A DNA stretch of 34,284 nt from Octopus bimaculoides (taxonomy: Eukaryota). This document shows positions 1 to 11,460 of this stretch, in pieces (position 1 is the first letter of the stretch; each line of letters opens with the position of its first letter). Both the position numbers and the translations under genes were made by a program. The notes under the pieces are model-generated. The model saw only the letters and a program-made list of their open reading frames with translations. It did no database searches and was not told where the DNA came from. The stretch lies in the NCBI RefSeq assembly GCF_001194135.2, contig NC_069006.1, positions 10,497,671 to 10,531,954 on the forward strand, given 5' to 3'.

Positions 1-38
1 AGAAACACTGGCTTAGAGTATGAGAGAAGGGTCTAGAG

Positions 39-264
39 CAGGGGTTCTCAACCATCTTTTATAGACCCTTTTGATTCCCATTTTACCCTGGTAGACCCTT
101 CTAGCCCGTCGATGTTTAAAATATTAAGAATTATATAAAAACTGTTGAAATACTTCGTGTATTGTGGAGCTATAATCAATTCATTGCACATGAAACTTTA
201 CTGGTCTGAAGCACAATCCCCGCCCCCCCGAAAAATTACCATGAACCCCAATTGAGAGCCCCTG
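39..264. mobile_element. hAT (Charlie-like) MITE
   Basis: Termini CAGGGGTTCTCAA...TTGAGAGCCCCTG; 8-bp TSD GTCTAGAG (31-38) / GTATAGAG (265-272), matching the NTCTAGAN preference of Charlie-type hATs. Confidence 0.85.
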
Positions 265-380
265 GTATAGAGAAAAACAGGTTTCATGCTGCTGGGGAGC
301 GACAACCAGGCATGGAAAGAAAAATTGCTACACTCCAAACAGTTTGATGTATGGAAGGATATACAGCCAGTATTCCAAAT

Positions 381-698
381 TGTTGTTGTTGGCACACCGT
401 CGCTTACGACGTCGAGGGTTCCAGTTGATCCGATCAACGGAACAGCCTGCTCGTGAAATTAACGTGCAAGTGTCTGAGCACTCCACAGACACGTGTACCC
501 TTAACGTAGTTCTCGGGGATATTCAGCATGACACAGTGTGACCCTTTGAAATACAGGTACAACAGAAACAGGAAGTAAGAGTGAGAGAAAGTTGTGGTGG
601 AAGAGTACAGCAGGGTTCGGCACCAACCCCTGCCGTCGAAACCGCGATCCTATGACCGCGAGTCCGCTGCCCTAACTACTGGGCCATTGCGTCTCCAT
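381..698 (-). mobile_element. tRNA-derived SINE, head1/mid1 + tail1, with a short deletion after the head
   Basis: Minus strand has A-box TGGCCCAGTAGTTAG and B-box remnant GGTTTCGA; tail AAGGGTACACGTGTCTGTGGAGTGCTC...GTGCCAACAACAA; 11-bp TSD GTATTCCAAAT at 370-380 and 699-709. Confidence 0.85.
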
Positions 699-843
699 GT
701 ATTCCAAATAGGCTACATTGAAACCACTACGAAAATACAACTTCATATGTGCAAGAATATGCTGATACTATTCAAAACGCTACCTGATATATGGAAGGAT
801 GTACTGAAACAATTCGGAAAAAAAACAAAAACATCATCAGTCA

Positions 844-1221
844 CAGGAGTGGCTGTGTGGTAAGAAGCTTGCTTACCAACCAAATGGTTCTGGGCTCAGT
901 CCCACTGCGTGGCACCTTGGGCAAGTGTCGTCTGCTATAGCCTCGGGCCAACCAAAAGCCTTGTGAGTGGATTTGGTAGACGGAAACTGAAAGAAGCTCG
1001 TCGTATATATGTATGTGAGTGTATATGTTTGTCCCCGGCCCCCACCAACATCGCTTGACAACCGATGCTGGTGTGTTTACGTCCCCGTAACTTAGTGGTT
1101 CGGCAAAAAGAGACCGATATAATAAGTACTAGGCTTACAAAGAATAAGTCCTGGGGTTGATTTGCTCGAGTAAAGACGGTGCTCCAGCATGGCTGCAGTC
1201 AAATGACTGAAACAAGTAAAA
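844..1221 (+). mobile_element. SINE family A (tRNA head, CCTTGGGCAAGT CORE-like block, central microsatellite, 3' tail), near full length
   Basis: GGAGTGGCTGTGTGGTAAGAAGC...GGCACCTTGGGCAAGTGTC...GGATTTGGTAGACGGAAACTGAAAGAAGC...CAGTCAAATGACTGAAACAAGTAAAA; more than 15 related copies or fragments in the window. Confidence 0.85.
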
Positions 1222-1228
1222 CAGATTT

Positions 1229-1410
1229 AAAATTCGCTTTCCATGCTGGCATGAGTTGGACAGTTTGACAGGCGCTGACCAGGCAGAGAATTGTGCCAAG
1301 CTCCAATATCTTATTGCTTTCTAAAGCTGGATGTCCTTCCCAATGCCAACCACTCAAGATATGTAGTGGATGCTTCCTACATGGCTCAGTCACTAACTAG
1401 TGACATCAAG
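1229..1410 (-). mobile_element. SINE-like family C, 3' portion
   Basis: Reverse complement of GTGGTTGGCATT.GGAAGG.CATCCAG...CCAAC.CATGCCAGCATGGAAA tail shared with 4890-5095, 5545-5755, 7400-7606. Confidence 0.7.
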
Positions 1411-1837
1411 GAGCTTGCAAGACAACCCCCCCCCGCATATCAGCTGAGGGTGGGAGAGGGTGTCGTATTGAGGGAGAGGGCTTTGAGACAGGTGTTGACA
1501 ATAAGTACAGCAGGAGGACATAGATGGCTAGGCTAGTTGAAGAAAAGAGAGATGATGGTGCAGAGGGATCAAGTAACAAGATGGAAGAAAATAAGAGAAA
1601 CAGTCCAGATGATTGTATAGGGTGAATGAGGAGGTGTTCACGAGAGTGGCAGATCGATAGAGCGAGGTGAATGGTCAACACAAAATGGTAAAATACAATG
1701 GTGCTACCCCAAACCCGGACCACTAGCATCAATTTACACCTGTCGACAGTCAGTTTTAGATACAATGTACAGTATATCTAGGGTTCACAATAAGTATACT
1801 GCATTTCGTAAGAAGTAGGAGACCCTTCTTCGGGTCA

Positions 1838-1902
1838 CCAGCCGTAAAATGCTGTCCAACCCATGCTAGCATAGAAAAACATGCAAAATGATGTTGATGA
1901 TG
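1838..1902 (+). mobile_element. Family C 3' tail fragment
   Basis: CCAGCCGTAAAA...TCCAACCCATGCTAGCATAGAAAA...ATGATGTTGATGATG. Confidence 0.55.
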
Positions 1903-2105
1903 TGCCTCAGAGACTTTCAGAATGAAACTCAACTCATTAACTACTGAGCCTAGACCTTTAATCTTGATAACAATACCACGGCATATTTGAGAGGGACTCT
2001 AAACTCCAACAGCACAGAGAAAAGTACTACATATTAGACAAGAAATATCTCCAACAACTACACTCATTATACTATCACAACTCACTGTTGATAACAACAG
2101 AAGGT

Positions 2106-2270
2106 GCAGGTGTGGCTAAGATGTTTGCTTCTCAACCTCATAGTCTTGGGTTCAAGCCCACTGTGTGTCATCTTGAGCAAGTACCATCTACTATGGCCTG
2201 GGATTAACCAGAGTTTTGTGAGTGGATTTGGTAGAAGCTGAAAGCCCTTCATGCATGCATGTGTGTGTCT
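2106..2270 (+). mobile_element. SINE family A, 5' half (diverged)
   Basis: GGTTCAAGCCC B-box, CTTGAGCAAGT, GAGTGGATTTGGTAGA, then (TG)n. Confidence 0.75.
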
Positions 2271-2286
2271 TCTTGTTTTGGCATAG

Positions 2287-2609
2287 AGAAGGCACATGGC
2301 TTAGTGGTTAGGAGCATTCAACTCATGACCATAAGGCCACGAGTTCAATTCTCAGTGGCACATCATTTCTTGAGCAAGACACTTTATTTCACGTTGCTCA
2401 AGTCCACTCAGCTGGCAAAAATGAATCGTACTTGTTATTCAAAAGGCCAGCCTTGTTACACTCTGTGTATGTTGAATCTCCCTGAGAACTATGTTATGGG
2501 GACACATGCCTGTGAAGTACTCAACCACTTGCACATTAATTTCTCAAGCAGGCTGATCCCTTGATCAGATCAACTGGAGCCCTCCTCATTGTAACCGACA
2601 AAGTGCCAG
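2287..2609 (+). mobile_element. tRNA-derived SINE, head2/mid2 + tail1
   Basis: GGCACATGGCTTAGTGGTTAG A-box, GAGTTCAATTC B-box, TTCACGTTGCTC.AGTCCACTCAGCTGGCAAAAATG mid block, tail homologous to 381-560. Confidence 0.8.
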
Positions 2610-2699
2610 TTTGACATAGTGGAGTAGCTGTAAAAGCGCAACTGTCATACAAGCAGAGTCACTCATTCCCAATATTCTGCAAAGAAAAAAATGTTTGTA

Positions 2700-2930
2700 A
2701 ATAGGTGAGGGTTGGTGACAGGAAGTGCATCAAGTCATAGAAAGTGTCTCAATAAACTCCATCCGATCCCTGCAAGCATGGCAAAGTGGATGTTAAATGA
2801 TGAAAGAAACCGATAGAGTAAATACAAGGCTTTACAAAAGAATAAAGTCCTGGGGTCGAGTCATTCGACCAAAATTCTTCAAAGTGGTGCCCCAGCATGG
2901 CCGCAGACTAATCACAGAACAAGTAAAAGA
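2700..2930 (+). mobile_element. Adjacent 3' fragments of family C (2700-2800) and family A (2803-2930)
   Basis: TTGGTGACAGGAAG.GCATC...GCATGGCAAAGTGGATGTTAAATGATGA, then GTCCTGGGGTCGA...CAGCATGGCCGCAG...AACAAGTAAAAGA. Confidence 0.7.
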
Positions 2931-2944
2931 ATACCTTTTTCTTT

Positions 2945-3613
2945 TATTTGTTGCAGTCATTAGACTGTGGCTTTGCTGGAGCATTGCTTTGCAGCGCTTA
3001 ACTTGAATAAACAGACTCCAGTACATCTGGTTCTGTTTTAAGTTTGGTATTCACGGTTTCTTTTGCTGTACTGCAACATTACAATTACGTAAACAAACCA
3101 ACACTGGTTGTCACGCAACGGAAGACAAACACACACACACACATATATATACACATACATACATAGTGAAGGCGCATAGCTTAGTGGTTAGGGCATTTGG
3201 CTCATGATCTTTGCTTCACGTTGCTCCAGTCCACTCAGCTGGCAAAAATGAGTAGTACCGGTACTTCAAAGGACCAGCCTTGTCACACCAGATCTCCCTG
3301 AGAACTACATTAAGGGTACACGTGTCTGTGGAGTGCTCAGCCACTTGTACATTAATTTCATGAGGAAGCTGTTCCGTTGATCGTATCTGCTGGGACCCTT
3401 GTCATTGTAACTGACAGAGTGCTCCTTATACACACACACACACACACACACACGAGAGGCTTCAATACAGTTTCTATCTAGCAAATGCACTCACAAGGCA
3501 TTGGTTGACCCAGGGCTAGAGCAGAAGACATCTACCCAAAATGCTGCACAGAGGGACAGAATCCAAAGCCATGTGGTTGCAAAGCGAGCTTCTGAATCAC
3601 ACAACCACATCTA
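2945..3613 (-). mobile_element. SINE family A interrupted in its central microsatellite by a second SINE
   Basis: 3' half at 2945-3150 and 5' half at 3455-3613 are on the minus strand; (CA)n flanks both sides of the insert. Confidence 0.7.
3166..3426 (+). mobile_element. tRNA-derived SINE, head2/mid2 + tail1, nested, with B-box region deleted
   Basis: GAAGGCGCATAGCTTAGTGGTTAG...TTCACGTTGCTCCAGTCCACTCAGCTGGCAAAAATGAGTA...AAGGGTACACGTGTCTGTGGAGTGCTC. Confidence 0.8.
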
Positions 3614-3757
3614 TACTTAACATAGCAGCCGTCATTGTAACACACTCGTTACACTGTGACAGCCCTGCACCAACACGAAGCCGTTGTGACACTACATGAC
3701 ATAGACAGGCTCAAACATACTGCTTAACCAACATGAACTCTCTATTCGGTTGTTTAT

Positions 3758-4120
3758 CTTTTGGTAAGCCATTAGTCTGCGGTCATGCTGGGGCACTGCC
3801 TTGAATTTTTAGTTGAATGAATCGACCCCAGTACTTACATTTGGTGCAAAGCCTGGTATATATTCTATCGGCCTTTTTTGCCAATCAGGGATGTAAACAC
3901 ACCAACACCAGTTGTAAAGACATGATGGGAGCCAAACACAGACACACACACATATGATGGGCTTCTTTCAGTTTCCATCTCCCAAATCCACTCACAATGC
4001 TTTGGTTGGCGCCTGAGGCTATAGCAGAAGAGACTTGCTCAAGATGCCATTCAGTGGGACTGAACCCAGAACCGTGTGGTTGGGAATCAAATTTCTTACC
4101 ATACAGCCATGCCTGCACCT
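3758..4120 (-). mobile_element. SINE family A, near full length
   Basis: Collinear reverse-complement match to 844-1221. Confidence 0.85.
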
Positions 4121-4339
4121 GTGTTAATTCTATGTTACAGTCAATTTCTCTACACTTATTGGAGATGTTGTTGAACCAAAAGTCCTGCTCTGGAACATCT
4201 TCAATCAAAGTAGACTTTTCATCGAGGACATTCAAACTGTAACCGCAACGTCTTCTTTTTTGTGGACACGGTGATATTTACAACAGTGTCCCACAGCCAC
4301 TCATCACTTGCTACAGTCACCTCCGTCCCCATTTTTAAC

Positions 4340-4700
4340 CATCTCCCAACATACCTTTATGAAACATCTTTGAGCTTTATTTAATAACCAGTTGATCTAG
4401 CAAGCGGGGCCTCATATCAGTGAGAGGCGGGGGCTGGTGCGCATTGATGCCATCGAGAGGTAGGCCCTGAAACGGCGCGNNNNNNNNNNGGGGGCTGGTG
4501 CGCATTGATGCCATCGAGAGGTAGGCCCTGAAACGGCGCGCATTCTCTCCTGATGACCCCATACACTTGCTGGCTTCCGGTATGCGGAGTTCTTGACTTG
4601 TAGTACTTGCATGTTCCTGTTCTTTACAAGACATCTATGAAACATCAGACCCTCCTTGTCCAACAAAACCCCTCTCACCACCACCATATCTTGTAGGCAT
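4340..4700 (+). pseudogene. Possible decayed LINE RT C-terminal fragment
   Basis: Stop-interrupted frame ...QAGPHISERRGLVRIDAIER*ALKRR... loosely resembles the 'W.GAP....LD.IQRRALR' region of CR1/L2/Jockey-group RTs; weak. Confidence 0.25.
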
Positions 4701-4722
4701 GCCTCAACACATCTCCACATCA

Positions 4723-4723
4723 G

Positions 4724-4754
<31 letters not shown>

Positions 4755-4757
4755 TCA
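4723..4757. repeat. (CT)n microsatellite
   Basis: Direct inspection. Confidence 0.95.
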
Positions 4758-4889
4758 CTGTCTGCCTAACTTTCTCTTTTCCAACTGAGATAAGCCAAGT
4801 ATCTCCTCTACAGCAAGACACCAATTGCTATCCCTCTATTATGCTTTAACCTCTGAGAACAGCACAAACCCACCTCCCAGTTAGGGGTC

Positions 4890-5095
4890 TTTGTTTTTTT
4901 AAGTTACTTAGTGACGCCACAGGTGCTGGGGGCCAGGAAAAAGTACCCAGTCCACTCTGTAAAGTAGGTGATATTAGGAACAGCATCCAGTCATAGAAAC
5001 CATGCCAGAGCATGGTATGGCTCCAGGCCTGACCAGCTCCTGTTAAACTGTTCAACCCATGTCAGCAAGGTAAATGGACATTAAATGATGATGAA
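4890..5095 (+). mobile_element. SINE-like family C
   Basis: GGTGCTGG...GTACCCAGTCCACTCTGTAAAGT.GGT...TTAGGAA..GCATCCAG...CAACCCATG.CAGCA...TTAAATGATGATGA. Confidence 0.75.
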
Positions 5096-5544
5096 TGCAT
5101 CTAGGACTACATTTATCTAACAAATCTTACTTGCTTTTAAAAAAATGATGGTGATGGTGATGGTGAAGTCCCCAACAACTACACAAACATGACCAAAGTC
5201 ATAGGTGAGGCAGCTGCAATATTTGGTCTGGGTTGTGCTTTCTCTTACAAGGCTTGACCCCTTTTGTAGCCATGCTTCTCGTGAAACTTGATGGCCATGT
5301 GTTTTAATAAATTTTTAAAAATAAGAGCTTGGAGGGGTTTAGTAAAACTACTTTGGGCTGTTTAAGATAGTTTGAGCTGTTATTTCTAGCATGGGAAAGA
5401 GCAGACCTCACTGTTAGTTAATCTATAAGCTAAATATATTACTGCTACTTATTATGAGCCAACCACTTGCTAGAAATAGCAGTCAAATCTCCATTGAATG
5501 GGGAAAAAAAAGATATAAAAATGATACTGTAATTTTCAGTATCA

Positions 5545-5755
5545 TCACCATCACCTTTTGACATCCATCTCCCATGCTGGAACGGATTGGATAATTTGAG
5601 AGGACCCAATAGCTCCAAGAACCACATTGTGTTCCCATGTCTGCTTTGACATGGTTTCTACAGCTGGATGCCTTTCCTAAAGGCAACCACTTTCCAGGGT
5701 GTACTGGGTGGTTCTTTCTCATGCCACCAGCACTAGTGAGGTTCCCAACTGAGCA
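5545..5755 (-). mobile_element. SINE-like family C
   Basis: Reverse-complement match to 4890-5095. Confidence 0.7.
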
Positions 5756-5843
5756 GGGTTACTGGAGAGAGAGAAGTGGCTTTATGCTGGATGATCAGAA
5801 GTATGAAAGACAGGTCTAGAACAGGATTTTTATGGCTGTAGAG

Positions 5844-6089
5844 TAGTGATTCTCAACCCTTTTTTTAACCTATGGGTCCCTACAGTTCTTATTTTACTCA
5901 ATTGGACCTCCATAAACATTCAATATACATAAAAAAATAAATCCTACTATATTCTTATAATTTAATATTATTTAGGAATTGTATAAAAAAAGTTGTCAAA
6001 ACATTTTGCTCATTGTAGAAGTGAAGCCAATTTATTGCACAAAAACTTTAATAACAAAATCTTATGTGGACCCCGACTGAGAATCACTG
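5844..6089. mobile_element. hAT (Charlie-like) MITE
   Basis: TAGTGATTCTCAACC...ACTGAGAATCACTG termini; TSD CTGTAGAG (5836-5843) / CTGTAGAA (6090-6097); interior related to 39-264. Confidence 0.85.
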
Positions 6090-6472
6090 CTGTAGAAGAT
6101 CTACATGGATACCCACATAATACAAGAGTAGGAATAATTGGAATGGAACTGGGAAGAGAGATAAAAGAGTGATGTCCAGTTAGTTCACCGTCTTCAATTC
6201 ACCATTTTTTGTTTCCCAATAAAATGTTTTTTAACTAATTAATGGAGAGATACTAAGGAAATATTTTCTCAGTAATCTTTCCCTGCGGTGAAATAATGGT
6301 AGTGACCTTACCTGTAATCTGGTCAGGTGGAGACTCAACATACAAGAAAACGAATAAGAGGGAGTGGGGACAAAGAGTGTGGGTGGGTAGAGCTTACAAG
6401 AGCGCATAGGGTGAGTGAGTGATGTATTGCTTGAATAACAAAAACGATGGCCAAAGTTGGAACATTATGTAT

Positions 6473-6659
6473 ATAGGCACAGGAGTGACTGTGTGGTAAG
6501 AAGTTTCCTTCTCTTCCACATGGTTCTGGGTTCAGGCCCACTGCGTGGCACTTTGGGCAAGTGTCTTCTACTATAGCCTCGGGTCAACCAAAGCCTTGTG
6601 AGCAGATTTGGTAGGCAGTAACTGAAAAAAGCTTGTCGTGTGTGTGTGTATGTATATAT
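6473..6659 (+). mobile_element. SINE family A, 5' half running into a gap
   Basis: GGAGTGACTGTGTGGTAAGAAG...GGCACTTTGGGCAAGTGTCTTCTACTATAGCC...(TG)n, then Ns. Confidence 0.85.
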
Positions 6660-7399
6660 NNNNNNNNNNNNNNNNNNNNNNNNNNNNNNNNNNNNNNNNN
6701 NNNNNNNNNNNNNNNNNNNNNNNNNNNNNNNNNNNNNNNNNNNNNNNNNNNNNNNNNNNNNNNNNNNNNNNNNNNNNNNNNNNNNNNNNNNNNNNNNNNN
6801 NNNNNNNNNNNNNNNNNNNNNNNNNNNNNNNNNNNNNNNNNNNNNNNNNNNNNNNNNNNNNNNNNNNNNNNNNNNNNNNNNNNNNNNNNNNNNNNNNNNN
6901 NNNNNNNNNNNNNNNNNNNNNNNNNNNNNNNNNNNNNNNNNNNNNNNNNNNNNNNNNNNNNNNNNNNNNNNNNNNNNNNNNNNNNNNNNNNNNNNNNNNN
7001 NNNNNNNNNNNNNNNNNNNNNNNNNNNNNNNNNNNNNNNNNNNNNNNNNNNNNNNNNNNNNNNNNNNNNNNNNNNNNNNNNNNNNNNNNNNNNNNNNNNN
7101 NNNNNNNNNNNNNNNNNNNNNNNNNNNNNNNNNNNNNNNNNNNNNNNNNNNNNNNNNNNNNNNNNNNNNNNNNNNNNNNNNNNNNNNNNNNNNNNNNNNN
7201 NNNNNNNNNNNNNNNNNNNNNNNNNNNNNNNNNNNNNNNNNNNNNNNNNNNNNNNNNNNNNNNNNNNNNNNNNNNNNNNNNNNNNNNNNNNNNNNNNNNN
7301 NNNNNNNNNNNNNNNNNNNNNNNNNNNNNNNNNNNNNNNNNNNNNNNNNNNNNNNNAAGTGACCAACGCCAGACATATTTTCATGGGAAGACTGCACAT

Positions 7400-7606
7400 G
7401 AAGAACACTGATGTAATAATGGTGCCATCGGAAAAAGAACCCAGCACATGCTGCGAAGTGGTTGGCATTAGGAAGGGCGTCCAGCCATACAAAACAAACA
7501 AAAACGGACCACAGAACCTGGGGCAGCTCCTGGCCTTACCAGCACCTGTCAAACCCCCCCAACCCATGCCAGGATGGAAAAACGGACTTTAAATGATGAT
7601 GATGAT
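7400..7606 (+). mobile_element. SINE-like family C
   Basis: GTGGTTGGCATTAGGAAGGGCGTCCAGCC...CAACCCATGCCAGGATGGAAAAACGGAC.TTAAAT(GAT)n. Confidence 0.8.
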
Positions 7607-7629
7607 ATTTATTTATAACTATCATGAGA

Positions 7630-8100
7630 TGTCAAGACAAGGCAACATGAACACACACACACACACAATGGGATTCTATTAGCTTTCATCTACCAAATTT
7701 ACAAGGCTTCGGTTTGCCTAGAGCAGGGGTTCTCAGCCATGTTTTACCTAAGGACTCCTTCAATTACTATTCTATTCTGGTGGACCCCCATAACCATTCA
7801 ATGTTTAAAAACTAGTTTTATAGAAACTTCTTTCAAAATTCCTATTTTGTGTTTCACACATTTAACTTGTGGGAGAAAGAAACGCAGCTGTTCCTTGCAA
7901 CTCATAACAACACATACATTTAAAGCAATCTTGTTTCAGGGGCCCTTAAAATATTATTGTGGATCCCCAATTTACTATCTTGTTGTGTGGACCGCAGGGA
8001 GCATACAGACTTTGGTTGAGAACCGCTGGCCTAGGGCTTATAGTAGAAGATGTCATGCAACGAGACTGAACCTGAAACCACATGGTTGCAAAATGTACAC
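7630..8100 (-). mobile_element. Diverged SINE family A split by a MITE
   Basis: TTTC..TCTACCAAATT.ACAAGGCTT left of the MITE and TATAGTAGAAGA...ACTGAACC...CCACATGGTTG right of it are collinear with family A. Confidence 0.65.
7724..8028. mobile_element. hAT (Charlie-like) MITE
   Basis: CAGGGGTTCTCAGCC...GGTTGAGAACCGCTG; TSD GCCTAGAG (7716-7723) / GCCTAGGG (8029-8036); interior related to 17283-17603. Confidence 0.85.
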
Positions 8101-8104
8101 AGAC

Positions 8105-8137
<33 letters not shown>

Positions 8138-8384
8138 CATATATATATNNNNNNNNNNNNNNNNNNNNNNNNNNNNNNNNNNNNNNNNNNNNNNNNNNNN
8201 NNNNNNNNNNNNNNNNNNNNNNNNNNNNNNNNNNNNNNNNNNNNNNNNAAAAAAAAAAAAAAAATTGAAGGGGCTTGGAGTTTATTGAAGGCAATTTGGC
8301 AGTTACATTGAAAAGGGGCCAGTGACTTACATAGAAGCTCTCTGACTAAGGGAATAGAGAGGAGAGAGAGAGAGAAAATATACC

Positions 8385-8593
8385 TTTTTACTCTAGGCAC
8401 AAGGCCAGAAATTTTGGGGGAGGGGCAGTCAATTAGATCAACCTCAGTACACAACTGGTACTTAATTTATCAACCCCGAAAGGATGACAGGCAAAGTCAA
8501 CCACAGAGGAATTTGAACTCAGAACGTAAAGACAGACGAAATACCGCTAAGCATTTCGCCCAGCGTGTTAACGATTCTGCCATCTCGCCACCT
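8385..8593 (-). mobile_element. SINE family D (tRNA-like head + Meta-like central block)
   Basis: Minus strand: GGTGGCGAGATGGCAGAATCG...GAGTTCAAATTCC...GCCTGTCATCCTTTCGGGGTTGATAAATTAAGTACCAG...GGCCTTGTGCCTAG; Meta-domain label from recall only. Confidence 0.8.
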
Positions 8594-8680
8594 TGCGAGA
8601 GAGAAAATATAGCTATTAAATCGAACAGAATAAACAACACAAGATAGGCATAATTACACTTTGGTACCCCCACCGACTTA

Positions 8681-9057
8681 GTTTTTTTAGTGTTTCAGTC
8701 ACAGTACTGTGGCCATGCTGGGGCACTGCCTTGAAGAATTTTAGTCGAATGAATCAACCCTAGGACTTCTATTTTTTAAGCCTGGTACTCGCTCTACCAA
8801 GTTCTTTCTGGTGAACCGCCGAGTTACAGGTTATATAGAAACCAAGCCAAAACAAACTATGGAACCTAGTGCAGCCTTTAGGCTTGCTACTTCCCGTCAA
8901 GCCATCCGACCCATGCCAGCATGGAAAGCAGACGTTAAATGTTGATGGTATATATATATATGTCCTGTACCCAGATATGCACCTATATATACAGGTAGAG
9001 GTAGGTATGCACATACTTGTATGTATATATGCATATACTCATTTATATATATAATAA

Positions 9058-9092
<35 letters not shown>

Positions 9093-9213
9093 TTTGGTAG
9101 ACAGAAACAGAAAGATCATGTGTGTGTGTGTGTCCCCACAACCACTTGACATCTGGTGTTATCTTTACATCCCAGTAACTTAGCGGTTCAGCAAATAGAC
9201 TGCTAGAATAAGT
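8681..9213. mobile_element. Cluster of SINE fragments: family A 3' (-, 8681-8830), family C 3' (+, 8860-8946), family A middle (+, 9091-9213), with (TA)n
   Basis: Motif matches to fuller copies elsewhere in the window. Confidence 0.7.
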
Positions 9214-9773
9214 NNNNNNNNNNNNNNNNNNNNNNNNNNNNNNNNNNNNNNNNNNNNNNNNNNNNNNNNNNNNNNNNNNNNNNNNNNNNNNNNNNNNNNN
9301 NNNNNNNNNNNNNNNNNNNNNNNNNNNNNNNNNNNNNNNNNNNNNNNNNNNNNNNNNNNNNNNNNNNNNNNNNNNNNNNNNNNNNNNNNNNNNNNNNNNN
9401 NNNNNNNNNNNNNNNNNNNNNNNNNNNNNNNNNNNNNNNNNNNNNNNNNNNNNNNNNNNNNNNNNNNNNNNNNNNNNNNNNNNNNNNNNNNNNNNNNNNN
9501 NNNNNNNNNNNNNNNNNNNNNNNNNNNNNNNNNNNNNNNNNNNNNNNNNNNNNNNNNNNNNNNNNNNNNNNNNNNNNNNNNNNNNNNNNNNNNNNNNNNN
9601 NNNNNNNNNNNNNNNNNNNNNNNNNNNNNNNNNNNNNNNNNNNNNNNNNNNNNNNNNNNNNNNNNNNNNNNNNNNNNNNNNNNNNNNNNNNNNNNNNNNN
9701 NNNNNNNNNNNNNNNNNNNNNNNNNNNNNNNNNNNNNNNNNNNNNNNNNNNNNNNNNNNNNNNNNNNNNNNNN

Positions 9774-10113
9774 AGCACCGCCTTTAGTCGAGCAAATCGA
9801 GCCCAGGACTTATTCTTTGTAAGCCTAGTACTTATTCTATCGGTGTCTCTTGCCGAACCACTAAGTGACAGGGATGTAAACACACCAGCATCAGTTGTCA
9901 AGTGATGTTGGGGGGGACAAACACATACATGTATATATATACATATATACGACGGGCTTCTTTCAGTTTCCGTCTACCAAATCCACTCACAAGGCTTTGC
10001 TCGGCCCGAGACTATAGTAGAAGACACTTGCCCAAGGAGCCACGTAGTGGGACTGAACCCGGAACTATGTGGTTGGTGTGCAAGCTATTTACCACACAGC
10101 CACTCCTGCACCT
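9774..10113 (-). mobile_element. SINE family A
   Basis: Collinear reverse-complement match to 844-1221. Confidence 0.9.
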
Positions 10114-10134
10114 TTCTTTCATTTTTCTTTCCTT

Positions 10135-10250
10135 TTAAAGCCTGGTACTTATTCTATGGGGTCTGTTTTGCAAAACCACTAAGTTACAGGGATGTAAATA
10201 AATGAACACTGGTTGTCAAGCAGTGGACAAACACACACACACACATACAA
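10135..10250 (-). mobile_element. SINE family A, 3' fragment
   Basis: AAGCCTGGTACTTATTCTAT...AACCACTAAGTTACAGGGATGTAAA...GGTTGTCAAGC. Confidence 0.75.
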
Positions 10251-10356
10251 GTCAGCCCTAAAAGTGACAAGTGTCAATACATTTGTTCTCTTTTAAACCT
10301 GATACTTTAGCACAAAATACAGGATGGATGGATGGATGCACGTCTGTCTGTGTTCT

Positions 10357-10720
10357 TTTGTTTGCTTCAGTCATTTGACTGTGGCCATGCTGGAGCAGTC
10401 TTTCGTTGAACAACTCGACCCCAGGACTTATTCTTTGTAAACCTAGAACTTATTCTATCGGTCTCTTTTTTGCCAAACCGCTATGTTACAGGGACGTGAA
10501 CACACCAACACTGGTTGTCAAGCGATGGTTTGGGGGACAGACACAAACACACACAAAGATATGACGGGATTTCTTTCAGTTTCCGTCTACCAAATCCACT
10601 CACAAGGCTTTGGTCGGCCCGAGGCTCTAGCAGACGACACTTGCCCAAGGTGGCACACAGTGGGACTGAACCTGGAACTATGTGGTTGGTAAGCAAGCTA
10701 ATTACCACACAGCCACTCTT
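10357..10720 (-). mobile_element. SINE family A, full length
   Basis: Collinear reverse-complement match to 844-1221. Confidence 0.9.
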
Positions 10721-10899
10721 GAACACACACAATGTCCGTGGTATTTGAGACGGTAATAGTATAGTGATGGCGGTAGCAGCAGAGGTGTGTCTGTTGTGGT
10801 AATGCCAATGATGGCGATGGCCGGTAGTAGTGACGAAGCCTCGTGTCAGCAGTGATCCAACAGTTGAATTCCAGCCACGGCCAGCCATCTCCTTTTCCT

Positions 10900-11064
10900 C
10901 CTGGCTAAGATGCTCGGTCTGCAACCACGTGCTTTCCGGGGTTAGTAAAATTGCACGGCTCCTTGGACAGTCTTTCTACTACAACATTGGCTCGACCCCC
11001 ACACCAGCTCTGTAAGTGAATTTGGTTGCAGGAAGCTATGCAGAAGCAAGCTGGGTGTGCGAGA

Positions 11065-11124
<60 letters not shown>

Positions 11125-11460
11125 NNNNNNNNNNNNNNNNNNNNNNNNNNNNNNNNNNNNNNNNNNNNNNNNNNNNNNNNNNNNNNNNNNNNNNNNNNNN
11201 NNNNNNNNNNNNNNNNNNNNNNNNNNNNNNNNNNNNNNNNNNTATATATATATATATATATATATATCACATACCTGTGTGTGTTTAGCCAAGTCCCCTA
11301 CATACAGCTCGACAACCAGTGCTGGTTTGTTGAAGTCTCAATAATTAGCGGCTCGGCAAAGAAGTACGATAAAAGGAGAAAAAAAACTTCAGTAGGGTCG
11401 ATTTGTTCAACTAAACCCGGTCGCAGTCCAATGACTGAAGCAGGCAAATGACACAAACAC
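10900..11460 (+). mobile_element. Old diverged SINE family A spanning expanded (TG)n, a gap and (TA)n
   Basis: Degenerate head/CORE-like block at 10900-11060; 3' half GACAACCAGTGCTGGT...GCAGTCCAATGACTGAAGCA at 11300-11450. Confidence 0.6.

Noticed and set aside
873-1061. Recurring peptides such as GFGRPEAIVEDTCPRCHAVGLNP in many small ORFs
   Set aside because: These are translations of SINE family A copies, not a gene family
4429-4540. Apparent 51-bp direct repeat around a 10-N gap
   Set aside because: Exact duplication flanking a minimal gap is typical of unmerged contig overlap, so it is an assembly artefact
4550-4645. CTGATGA...GAAAC as a hammerhead
   Set aside because: No stem II, stem III or stem I pairing
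6306-6360. Minus-strand CAG|GTAAGG donor with an upstream pyrimidine tract (7- or 22-nt microexon)
   Set aside because: An isolated splice-like signal with no partner exon or transcript support
6465-7592. Long 240-327 aa ORFs here, and similar ones across the gaps at 8149-8248, 9214-9773, 11125-11242, 27357-27650, 29884-30051 and 30958-31255
   Set aside because: They stay open only because N runs translate as X
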